Below are positions 24,651 to 32,565 of a stretch of 32,701 nt of DNA, one piece after another. Position 1 is the stretch's first letter; every line of letters starts with the position of its first letter. The translations under genes and the position numbers were made by a program. The notes under the pieces are model-generated. The model saw only the letters and a list, made by a program, of their open reading frames with translations. It was not told the DNA's origin and ran no database searches. This stretch comes from an uncultured Candidatus Saccharibacteria bacterium (lineage in GTDB: Bacteria; Patescibacteriota; Minisyncoccia; UBA6257; UBA9933): assembly GCA_964482855.1 (NCBI GenBank), contig CAYZYY010000001.1, positions 2,194 through 34,894 on the forward strand. Direction: 5' to 3'.

Positions 24651-26431
24651 TATTTATAAATAATATAATTATTTAAAACCAAAATATCTATTCCACTCCT
24701 TTCAAAAGTGGAATAGGCGTCCTTTGGCGTACTAACTATCGGCTCTCCCTTCAGATTAAAAGAAGTGTTAAGAATTAAAGGAACGCCGGTCATCTCAAAA
24801 AATTTACTTATAAGCTTATAATACCTTGGAGACTCCTCTTTAAAAACCAATTGAGGCCTGGCGCTTCCGTCCACATGGGTTATCGCCGGAACGTTTTTCT
24901 TTTTTTCTTCCCTGACCGGAACGACGTAAAGCATAAATCTCGCAGGATAATGCCTTTTGGCATCCGGCATTTCAAATATCTCTTCCGCGCGTTCGGCCAA
25001 AACCGATGGAGCAAAAGGCCTGTATGGCTCACGAAATTTTATTTTTGTATTCACAATATCTTTCATATCCTCTCGACGGGGGTCAGCTAAAATGGAACGA
25101 TTCCCTAACGCCCTTGGCCCCCACTCGAATTTCCCATGGAACCATCCTATTACCTTTCCGTTTGCAATCTCCCTGGCAATTTTCCCGACAAGCTCGTTTT
25201 CGCTTTCGATATATTCGTATCCTATTCCGTTTTCTTCCAAAAAATTTTTTATTTCATCGCTTGAATATTCTTTTCCGTAATAAGCGTGCTTCATTTCAAA
25301 CTTTCTCTCTCCGTCAAACGCCAAATGATTTATTGCCATTGCGGCGCCAAAAGCTCCACCCGCGTCCCCGGCCGCTGGGTGGATAAAAAGCTCTTCAAAC
25401 GGAGTATTTTGAAGAATCTTCCAATTTGCCACTGAATTAAGGGCTACTCCTCCGCCAAAACAAAGCTTATCCAAGCCGGTTATTTTATGAATGTGATTCG
25501 CCAGACGAATTACCGCTTCTTCATGAACCGCCTGAAGCGAAGCGGCTATATCCGCATAATACTCTTGTTCTTCTGCCGTTTTTTCATATTTTTTTCCCTC
25601 TGGTTTTTTACCGAAATAGGACGGCCAGCCAGTATCACGGGTAAAAAATTTGGATTTCGGGTCCCTTGGTTTTCCGAAAACATCGATGAACCGCGAAGAA
25701 TAAGTTTTTTCAAGCGAACGGTAAAAAGAAAAATATTCCAAATTAAGAGAATAAGAACCGTCTTCAAGAAAATTAATCATTTTTTTGACTTTATCCGCGT
25801 ATTTCGGCTTGCCGTAAGGCGCCATTCCCATTACTTTATATTCTCCCTCATTCACTTCGAATCCCAAAAAGGCGGTAAAGGCCGAATAAAGCAGTCCTAA
25901 TGAATGCGGGAATTTAATCTCTTTTAAAATTCTTATTTTATTTCCTTCACCGATTCCAACCGTCGTAACGGCCCATTCGCCTACCCCGTCAACCGTGAGT
26001 ATCGCCGATTTCTCAAACGGCGAAGAAAAAAAAGATGATGCCGCGTGAGATAAATGGTGTTCGGAAAAAAGTATCTTGTCCGAAGCAATACCGAGCTCTT
26101 TAGCGATAATCGCCCGTATCCAAATTTTTTTCAGAAAAAGATTTTTGACCGATTTTATGAAAACCCGGGGAGCCAAGGGAAAAACCGCCATATCGGTTTT
26201 AAGTATTCTCTCCATTTTCAAAAATGGCTTCTCGTAAAAAACGACCCAGTCCAAATCGGTCGCTTTTATTCCCGTCTCTTTCAAAACGAAATCTATTGCG
26301 CCTTTGGGAAATTCGGCGTCGTTTTTTTTCCCGGAAAATCTTTCTTCCTGCGCCATTGAAACGGGAATGCCGTCTATCACCAACGCAGCCGCTGAATCAT
26401 GATAAAAAAACGATAAACCAAGAATGCGCAT
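24650..26431 (-). CDS. NodU/CmcH-family carbamoyltransferase
   Basis: N-terminus MRILGLSFFYHDSAAALVIDG, HHLSHAASSFF, and C-terminal ILNTSFNLKGEPIVSTPKDAYSTF. 593 aa. Confidence 0.92.
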   Translation of the reverse strand: MRILGLSFFYHDSAAALVIDGIPVSMAQEERFSGKKNDAEFPKGAIDFVLKETGIKATDLDWVVFYEKPFLKMERILKTDMAVFPLAPRVFIKSVKNLFLKKIWIRAIIAKELGIASDKILFSEHHLSHAASSFFSSPFEKSAILTVDGVGEWAVTTVGIGEGNKIRILKEIKFPHSLGLLYSAFTAFLGFEVNEGEYKVMGMAPYGKPKYADKVKKMINFLEDGSYSLNLEYFSFYRSLEKTYSSRFIDVFGKPRDPKSKFFTRDTGWPSYFGKKPEGKKYEKTAEEQEYYADIAASLQAVHEEAVIRLANHIHKITGLDKLCFGGGVALNSVANWKILQNTPFEELFIHPAAGDAGGAFGAAMAINHLAFDGERKFEMKHAYYGKEYSSDEIKNFLEENGIGYEYIESENELVGKIAREIANGKVIGWFHGKFEWGPRALGNRSILADPRREDMKDIVNTKIKFREPYRPFAPSVLAERAEEIFEMPDAKRHYPARFMLYVVPVREEKKKNVPAITHVDGSARPQLVFKEESPRYYKLISKFFEMTGVPLILNTSFNLKGEPIVSTPKDAYSTFERSGIDILVLNNYIIYK

Positions 26432-26436
26432 AATCG

Positions 26437-26661
26437 TTATTCTGCCTTAAAATATTCCAAGGAATCCGGACTTGATTCTTTTTTCACCCAACTTGATTTT
26501 TCCGGTTTTAAATTTACGTCTTTGGAAAAAAATCTAAACGGAATCGCGAATATTGCGAAAACCGTGAAATAAAAAATTATCATCACTATGGTGGTAATGA
26601 AATTTCCTATGAAAAATCCTATTTTCTCTAAATAAAGCCGGAGTGTTTTAAATGTCTTCAT
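26437..26661 (-). CDS. Small membrane protein resembling the C-terminal half of SxtJ-family proteins
   Basis: Start taken at the ATG at 26661 (MKTFKTL...), which avoids overlap with the upstream gene. One or two TM segments. IIFYFTVFAIFAIPFRFFSKDVNLKPE resembles, from memory, the SxtJ-type segment found next to carbamoyltransferases. Confidence 0.5.
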   Translation of the reverse strand: MKTFKTLRLYLEKIGFFIGNFITTIVMIIFYFTVFAIFAIPFRFFSKDVNLKPEKSSWVKKESSPDSLEYFKAE

Positions 26662-26662
26662 T

Positions 26663-26854
26663 TCAAAATAAAGCGTAAATAAACGGGCCGAGCGGCGAAC
26701 TTTGGGCAAAAATCATCAATAAGAAAAATACGACTAATACAAAAATCATTGGTATCAACCACCACATTTTATTTTTCCATAAAAAAGAAATGAGGCTTTT
26801 GATTGTTGAAAATCTTATTTTAACGCCGTTTAAAAAAGAAATGAAGAAATTCAT
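26663..26854 (-). CDS. DUF5989 / SxtK-like mini membrane protein
   Basis: 63 aa containing WKNKMWWLIPMIFVLVVFFLLMIFAQSSPLGPFIYALF. A single TM segment and a C-terminal PFIYxLF end are what I recall for DUF5989 proteins that accompany carbamoyltransferases. Confidence 0.65.
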   Translation of the reverse strand: MNFFISFLNGVKIRFSTIKSLISFLWKNKMWWLIPMIFVLVVFFLLMIFAQSSPLGPFIYALF

Positions 26855-26889
26855 AAATCTTTCATCGATTAAATGTTTTATTCTTACGA

Positions 26890-27684
26890 CTAAATGGCAA
26901 AAACCGGTATTCCTGAAAATTTGACGCGTTTATAACCGCAGCCGGTCAGAAAATCTGATATCATTTTTTCTGAAAAACCGCGTTTTGTCAAAGCCGCCTT
27001 ATGAAATTCCAGACAAATTGCTTTGACCCGGTGATTCTTAAAAAAATTTTCACTTCCCATTATAACGTCGTATTCCCAACCCTCAACGTCTATTTTTACC
27101 GCTTCGCACCCGTTGATGCCTTCTTTTTGCAATGCATCTTCCAGAGTTAAAACGGAAACCCTTTGTTTTGGCAAAGGATAAACGGTAGATTTTATAAAAG
27201 AGGAAGAACCGCTGTTTATTCCCGGTGAAATATAAAGATTGGCTTCTCCGGCTTCCCTGCCCAGGGCTATCGGCAAAACGGTTACGTTTTTGCAGTCGTT
27301 CAATTCAATGTTTCTGGATATTACCTTTTGCAAACGCTCTTGGGGTTCAATTGCGATTACTCTTCCGGCACCTCCCACCAATTTTGAAGCTACGATGGAA
27401 AAGTACCCTTCATTTGCCCCGATATCAACGAAAATATCGCCCTTAGATAAATATTTAAACAAAAAATTGATTGTTTCCGGTTCGTAAACTCCATTTAAAA
27501 TCAGGTCTTGGCCAAATAAAGAAACGGGGTCTATGAAAAATTTTCCAAATTTGGTTTTTTCCGTAACGCGTTTCAAAAAAATAATTTTTTTTAAAACTGA
27601 AGCCGCAAACGCGGGACGGACGGCCATGATAAATCTTGTCATTTTAGTTAATATTTTTTTACGGCTGTTTTTTTCGTTTTTCAT
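26890..27684 (-). CDS. FkbM-family SAM-dependent methyltransferase
   Basis: FVDIGANEGYFS motif, IAIEPQ, KIDVEGWEY. 264 aa. Confidence 0.85.
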   Translation of the reverse strand: MKNEKNSRKKILTKMTRFIMAVRPAFAASVLKKIIFLKRVTEKTKFGKFFIDPVSLFGQDLILNGVYEPETINFLFKYLSKGDIFVDIGANEGYFSIVASKLVGGAGRVIAIEPQERLQKVISRNIELNDCKNVTVLPIALGREAGEANLYISPGINSGSSSFIKSTVYPLPKQRVSVLTLEDALQKEGINGCEAVKIDVEGWEYDVIMGSENFFKNHRVKAICLEFHKAALTKRGFSEKMISDFLTGCGYKRVKFSGIPVFAI

Positions 27685-27686
27685 AA

Positions 27687-28757
27687 TTAAAAGTCATCAC
27701 TTAACAGATTATAGAGGGCGGTAGCGGCCAAATTATATCCTTTTTCGTTGAAATGCCCTTCCCTGGGATAATGACAATCGCCTTCTTTAATGATTAAGGG
27801 AACTAAATTAACATAATCTATGTCCTGTCTTATGGCTATCTCTTCTATCTTCTCGCCGAATTTCCTCTCCAGGTAATTATACTTTATATTTTTGGAAGGA
27901 ATTATCATTATCGCTATTTTTTTGCCCTCCATTAAGGATTTAGTTTGTTCGAGGAGTTTCTCAATAATAAAAAAGTTCTCCTCGTAATCGCCGATTGATT
28001 TAACCAGACCGAATTTTTCCAGGGTTGGGTAAAGGTTTTGCTTCAAGATGTTTTTCCCCAAAAGAACCGTTTTGAAATTAAAAAGCCACTTTATCTTACT
28101 GTAGAAACTTAAGTTTTTCACCCTGTAATCGGCGGCCCGGACATATTCCTTTTCGCCATCCTGCGGAACCGGAGAATTTTTCAAAACGATTTGTCCGTCT
28201 TCTTCTTTGAAATACGGCTTTAACCTGGGCCATTGGTATGGATGAGGAAGATTGACGTCTTCAATGTCATTACCGAGATAAATGTCGAAAACAACCGCAT
28301 CAGGATTATATTTCATGCCCATCTCCTTGAGAATTAAGAAATATTGCACGACATCGTATCCGGACGAACCAAAATTAAGAACTTCATAATCTCCCATTTT
28401 TTCAAGAAGCTTCGGTATCGTTTTTGCATTTTCCACCCCTATACCGAACGTAAAAGAATCCCCCAGAACAATGACCCTTTTCTTCCCGCTTTCGTTTTCA
28501 AAAGAATAATCTTTGTCGTCGCGAAAACCTTGAGCGTTTATTTTATAAACGGATTCAAATTCCGTCCTTTTTTCTACCCCCGAAGAGCCCGGTACCAACC
28601 TCCATCCTAAAAGAGGGTCGTATTGGTGAATTTTATCCGATTCGTTTATGAAAATTTCATTTTTATTTCCCTGGAGAACTTCTCCCAAGCGAAGCAAGCC
28701 CTCAAAAAGAACGAGGCCCAGTATCAAGCCGAAAAATATCAGAAGAATTTTTTTCAT
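27687..28757 (-). CDS. Membrane-anchored SGNH/GDSL-family hydrolase or acyltransferase
   Basis: N-terminal TM segment (ILLIFFGLILGLVLF), block I VIVLGDSFTFG, and a C-terminal D..H-type block (DCHYPREGHFNEKG). Confidence 0.75.
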   Translation of the reverse strand: MKKILLIFFGLILGLVLFEGLLRLGEVLQGNKNEIFINESDKIHQYDPLLGWRLVPGSSGVEKRTEFESVYKINAQGFRDDKDYSFENESGKKRVIVLGDSFTFGIGVENAKTIPKLLEKMGDYEVLNFGSSGYDVVQYFLILKEMGMKYNPDAVVFDIYLGNDIEDVNLPHPYQWPRLKPYFKEEDGQIVLKNSPVPQDGEKEYVRAADYRVKNLSFYSKIKWLFNFKTVLLGKNILKQNLYPTLEKFGLVKSIGDYEENFFIIEKLLEQTKSLMEGKKIAIMIIPSKNIKYNYLERKFGEKIEEIAIRQDIDYVNLVPLIIKEGDCHYPREGHFNEKGYNLAATALYNLLSDDF

Positions 28758-29938
28758 TTGTTTTTAGATAAAATACCTTCGTAAGCTTTTATTATTCTAT
28801 CCCCATAATCGTCCCATGTAAAACCGGATGAAACTTTTTTCTTCGCTAATTGCCCCATTTCCCGGCAAATGTCTCTGTTTTCGTAAAGATACGAAATTTT
28901 TCCTTTCAAAGATTCTGTGTCTCTTATTGGAATTATGAATCCCTGTTTTCCGTTCTCGATTATATCCGGCCCGCCCGTGTTTTCCGTCGCTATTACCGGC
29001 AAACCGCTGGCCATGGCTTGAGTCATTACCATTCCAAAACCGTCATGAATGGAAGGTAAAATAAAAACCGACCCCTGCGAATAATATTCATAAAGACTAT
29101 CTTGTTTTTTGTGGCCTAAAAATCTGATTCTTCCATCCCCCTTCCCGGGCTCTAACGCCGATATGACGCCGTATTTTTTAAAAAATGGTTCAATTTCCGG
29201 AGTTTCGGAACCTAAAAGTATTAGCTCTGAATTTGGCAAACCAAGCTCCGTAAACGCCCGGAGTAAATAATGGACGCCTTTTTGCAATGTCATTCCTCCG
29301 ACAAAAACAACGCGGAATACATCGTCTTTTTTTGAAATTTGCTTAAACTGAGACAGGTCAACGCCATAGGGAATGTGAATAAGTTTATCTTCCGGGATAC
29401 CCATTTCCAAAAACGTTCTTTTGGCGAATAAAGAAGGTATTGAAATGTAATCCGCTTCTTCAAATTCCAGCTCGGCCTTATCCACGTTTTTAGGATGATT
29501 TTTTTTCTTATTGATTCCATACTTGGCATATTCTTCCTCCACAATTTCCTTCTGAAACCTTGAATGGGCGCTGCCGTGCTCTATGACGCCGGCGGCTCCC
29601 AGCGATTTCGCTTTTCTCAGCGAATAAAGGGATTTTGTTGTCCAGCCTACGAATATATCCGTTTTATCGATTTTCCGACGGGCAAGTTTATCGAAGATAT
29701 CGTTTATTATCGGACTGGGGTCATATAAGCTCTTTAAAAATCCTGGAATTTTTTTCCACCCTCTTTGTAAAATTTCTTTTACGAGTATTGATTCAATCTT
29801 GCCCCTTGGAATTCCGTATTTAACCGTTTCGAATTTCGGATATGAAGTTATTAATTTATGCAAAAATCCTCTTTTTTCCAGCTGAAAAGCCAAATCAAAA
29901 GCGTGAAACCTGCCACCTACTTGTATTGTCACTTTCAT
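28754..29938 (-). CDS. GT4-family (group 1) glycosyltransferase
   Basis: C-terminal PSIHDGFGMVMTQAMASGLPVIATENTGGPDII (E-x7-E-type region). ATGA overlaps occur at both ends. Confidence 0.88.
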   Translation of the reverse strand: MKVTIQVGGRFHAFDLAFQLEKRGFLHKLITSYPKFETVKYGIPRGKIESILVKEILQRGWKKIPGFLKSLYDPSPIINDIFDKLARRKIDKTDIFVGWTTKSLYSLRKAKSLGAAGVIEHGSAHSRFQKEIVEEEYAKYGINKKKNHPKNVDKAELEFEEADYISIPSLFAKRTFLEMGIPEDKLIHIPYGVDLSQFKQISKKDDVFRVVFVGGMTLQKGVHYLLRAFTELGLPNSELILLGSETPEIEPFFKKYGVISALEPGKGDGRIRFLGHKKQDSLYEYYSQGSVFILPSIHDGFGMVMTQAMASGLPVIATENTGGPDIIENGKQGFIIPIRDTESLKGKISYLYENRDICREMGQLAKKKVSSGFTWDDYGDRIIKAYEGILSKNK

Positions 29939-30681
29939 AAATTTGGCGTTTTTTCGTATTTTTCTGTTTGCGCTTTTATGGAATCAATTTTCCCGTCCGA
30001 TTTTTTGGCGTAAATCATAATGGAAAAGGGCCCTCCGAAATTTACCAATTTATTGAATGAAACCGATTTTGACAAAATTTTATGCAACCCATAAACCAGT
30101 TCGTTCACCCTCTTAAGGGATCCTTTTTTAAAGAACGGGTATAAAACAATCGCCAAGATGGCAGTTATGCCATAAGGCAAAGAAGTCATTGTTCCCGCAA
30201 ATTGCCTTTCTTTTATTTCGTATCCCGCGTGGTCAAAAATAACCTTGACGGTATTGGGAGAATAAATATGATAATGCCTGTCATGAGAATCACTATATAA
30301 AGGAACGCAAAAAAGAAGCCCGCCGGCGGGAGAAAGAATTCTTCGAACTTCTTCCAGGACGTATTTATCTTCCCATACATGCTCCAAAACGTTGCTTATA
30401 ACGACGTACTTAAAATAATCGTCCGGGAACGGCGTTTTTTCCGTAATGGACCGCTGGACGAAATATCTTTCGCTTGCCAAGTTATTATTCGAAACGTCCA
30501 ACAGATAAGTTTCTTCGAATTTCTCATTCAAGGGATTAAAATCCCTGCCGTTGGAATCGCCGATAACCAATACCGGTCCGTCGTCAATACGCTCCATAAT
30601 AAACCTGTTTGGAATATAGCCCCCGGGAAAATCAGTGTTTGTTTTTTGGGGAAAAAGTTTTCTAAATAATTTTTTGAACAT
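29935..30681 (-). CDS. Class I methyltransferase-fold protein, paralogue A, with an atypical motif I
   Basis: Methyltransf_11-like core (YVVISNVLEHVWED...EVRRILSPAGGLLF). Motif I reads VLVIGDSNGRD instead of the usual xLDxGCGxG. A hydrophobic helix follows the core. Tandem paralogue of 30662-31405. Confidence 0.7.
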   Translation of the reverse strand: MFKKLFRKLFPQKTNTDFPGGYIPNRFIMERIDDGPVLVIGDSNGRDFNPLNEKFEETYLLDVSNNNLASERYFVQRSITEKTPFPDDYFKYVVISNVLEHVWEDKYVLEEVRRILSPAGGLLFCVPLYSDSHDRHYHIYSPNTVKVIFDHAGYEIKERQFAGTMTSLPYGITAILAIVLYPFFKKGSLKRVNELVYGLHKILSKSVSFNKLVNFGGPFSIMIYAKKSDGKIDSIKAQTEKYEKTPNL

Positions 30682-31405
30682 GGTTCTTCTTGTAATACTT
30701 TATTTGTCCGGATATCCAATCCTCCGGCTCGGATTTCTTCGCAACCACATAACAATAAGGATGAGGGACAAGTAAATTCAATTTCTCGAACTTGCCGACA
30801 CGGTTCTGCAATCTTAAAATCAATTGATTCACCTTTCTTAATGATTCATTTCCCCAAAAAGGGAGCATAAGAACTGCGCACAGGGCCACCGCCGTATTGG
30901 GTATTGCCGCACACAATCCATTTATTGTGAATGACTTTGGTTCGAACCCGACATACGACAGCAATCTCTTTAGAGACCCCGGAGTGTACATATGGCAATG
31001 AAGCCCGTTATCTATTGATTTTTTACTCAAATGAACGGCCAAAAACAGTTCGCCGTCATCGCTTAATATCCTTCTTATTTCCCTTAGCGCTTTAACGTCC
31101 TCCCAAATGTATTCCAAAACCGCAATCACGGCTACGTGTTTGAAAAAACCGTCCGGGTAAGGAGTTTTATCCGTTATGGATTGTTGAATAAAATTCTCCG
31201 ACACGTATCCATTATCGACTATGTCCAATACGTGCACGTCTTTGAATTTTTCTTTGTATAACGGGTAATCCCGATTATGGAATTCTCCAATCAATAAAAT
31301 AGGCGCTCCCTTTACTTTGTCCATAAAAAACCTGTTCGGCATAAAACCGCTTGGAAAATCTATTTTTGACTTCGGAAATAATTTTCTAAAGATTTTCTTG
31401 AACAT
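30662..31405 (-). CDS. Class I methyltransferase-fold protein, paralogue B, with a degenerate motif I
   Basis: Aligns along its full length with paralogue A (MFKKIFRKLFP, DFPSGFMPNRF, SITDKTPYPD, VLEYIWED, EIRRILS). Motif I reads ILLIGEFHNRD. TAG stop at 30662. The 3' end overlaps paralogue A by 20 nt. Confidence 0.7.
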   Translation of the reverse strand: MFKKIFRKLFPKSKIDFPSGFMPNRFFMDKVKGAPILLIGEFHNRDYPLYKEKFKDVHVLDIVDNGYVSENFIQQSITDKTPYPDGFFKHVAVIAVLEYIWEDVKALREIRRILSDDGELFLAVHLSKKSIDNGLHCHMYTPGSLKRLLSYVGFEPKSFTINGLCAAIPNTAVALCAVLMLPFWGNESLRKVNQLILRLQNRVGKFEKLNLLVPHPYCYVVAKKSEPEDWISGQIKYYKKNHVQKII

Positions 31406-31419
31406 TCTATTGAGAAAAA

Positions 31420-31986
31420 TTATTTGCGATTCATTTCATTAAAAACTCCCAGCATTTTTTCGGCCCGGGAAACAAACCCGCAATCGTATTCCTGAACCTT
31501 TTTATGCCCCGCTTCGGCGATTTTTTTCCTCTCGTCTTTATGTTCAAGATAATAATCGATTTTCTTTCGCAACTCATCAAATGAACCGAAAAACTCCGCT
31601 TCTTTTTCTTCTTCGAAAAACCCCATCGCTTCCTTTGTCCGCCAATGAAGCATAAAGGCCTTGCAGGCGGGCAATTCAAAAGTTCTTGAATCCAAAACGT
31701 CTTTGTCGTGCTCCCTTAAAAAACTCACTATAATTTTACCTGAATTTACGACCCTTGAAAAATCTTTCCCATAATATGCCTTATACGCCAGACTGCCGGT
31801 CTTTTTTAAACACTTGCATTCGCGACATTTACGCCATTGAGTTCCGAAGACTTTTACGTCGTATCCATTTTCGCACAGTTTTTCCAAATATTCGACACGC
31901 TTTTCCCCTTTCGCATAAGTGCCTATAAAAATAATGTCTGCTCCGAATCTCTCTATCTCGTCAGTGGTCGGTTTTATGGGGCGCAT
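31420..31986 (-). CDS. CgeB-like / Glyco_trans_1_2-type glycosyltransferase, C-terminal part of a gene split by an in-frame TAG
   Basis: DIIFIGTY...RTFELPACKAFMLH...FEEEKEAEFFGSFDELRKKIDYYLEHKDERKKIAEAGHKKV is typical of CgeB-family C-terminal domains. The ATG at 31986 directly follows the TAG at 31987-31989 in the same frame. Confidence 0.7.
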   Translation of the reverse strand: MRPIKPTTDEIERFGADIIFIGTYAKGEKRVEYLEKLCENGYDVKVFGTQWRKCRECKCLKKTGSLAYKAYYGKDFSRVVNSGKIIVSFLREHDKDVLDSRTFELPACKAFMLHWRTKEAMGFFEEEKEAEFFGSFDELRKKIDYYLEHKDERKKIAEAGHKKVQEYDCGFVSRAEKMLGVFNEMNRK

Positions 31987-32475
31987 CTAATCAATATCAA
32001 CGGCAGGCGGAAGAAAAACCGCTTTCTTGCCGCCCAACCTCATCAATTCGCCTATTTCTTCCGGCGTAGGAGTAAAAAAACAATCATAATACGGAACGGC
32101 TCTCAAAAAGTCTCGGCTTATATTCCTTGGAAAAAACACCGAGTCGCCGCTCCATGAAAATACCAATGCGCCTTGTTTTTTTATGGCGATTATCGTTTCC
32201 CTACTTATGTAAATCGGCTTGAAAAATAACACCATGTTCGGCTTGCCCGTTTTAACTTTTTCCAATACCGCGCCGTTTAACCCATTAGTATTATAATAAC
32301 GATGAGGCCTGAAAAACCAGTTTAAAATACGATTTACGGGATTAAGAGAATAATATTTTAAAATATCCAAAATCTCGGCCTTGTGGCCCATTTTTTCAAA
32401 ACCCTCCATATAAGAATTTGCCCTGTTCCGCGCCAGAGGAGCGTTTCCAACCGAGCTAATAATAAGAATCTTCAT
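31987..32475 (-). CDS. CgeB-like glycosyltransferase, N-terminal part (ends at the in-frame TAG)
   Basis: MKILIISS... Rossmann-like N-terminal domain ending VFLPPAVDID*. The track start at 32496 is TTG, so the ATG at 32475 is preferred. Confidence 0.65.
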   Translation of the reverse strand: MKILIISSVGNAPLARNRANSYMEGFEKMGHKAEILDILKYYSLNPVNRILNWFFRPHRYYNTNGLNGAVLEKVKTGKPNMVLFFKPIYISRETIIAIKKQGALVFSWSGDSVFFPRNISRDFLRAVPYYDCFFTPTPEEIGELMRLGGKKAVFLPPAVDID

Positions 32476-32484
32476 TTTATTAGC

Positions 32485-32563
32485 ATTATAAAACAAATTT
32501 TGGGGTTGTAAAATACGGCTAAACCGGCAAGTTATTGAAAAAAAACGGGACGCGTATTAGAAT
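32485..32563. promoter_or_regulatory. Divergent promoter region between the minus-strand glycan operon and the Gfo/Idh/MocA gene
   Basis: Minus strand: TTTACA (32512-32507), 16-nt spacer, TATAAT (32490-32485), then 9 nt to the ATG at 32475. Plus strand: TTGAAA (32535-32540), 17-nt spacer, TAGAAT (32558-32563), with ATGs at 32566 and 32572. Confidence 0.35.
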
Positions 32564-32565
32564 AA

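Noticed and set aside
26662-26709. 16-codon N-terminal extension of the small membrane protein ORF (track 26437-26709), overlapping the DUF5989-like gene.
   Set aside because: The ATG at 26661 begins right after the upstream gene's TGA (26663-26665). It gives a tidy non-overlapping arrangement, and the extension (MPKVRRSARLFTLYFE) is just the upstream gene read in another frame.
31987-31989. TAG reassignment, or UGA reassignment as in some candidate phyla, as an explanation for the split glycosyltransferase.
   Set aside because: TAG ends ftsA (8975) and methyltransferase paralogue B (30662) at family-typical lengths. TGA ends nrdG, the priming transferase, the flippase and several GT genes at expected lengths. 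The standard code therefore fits.
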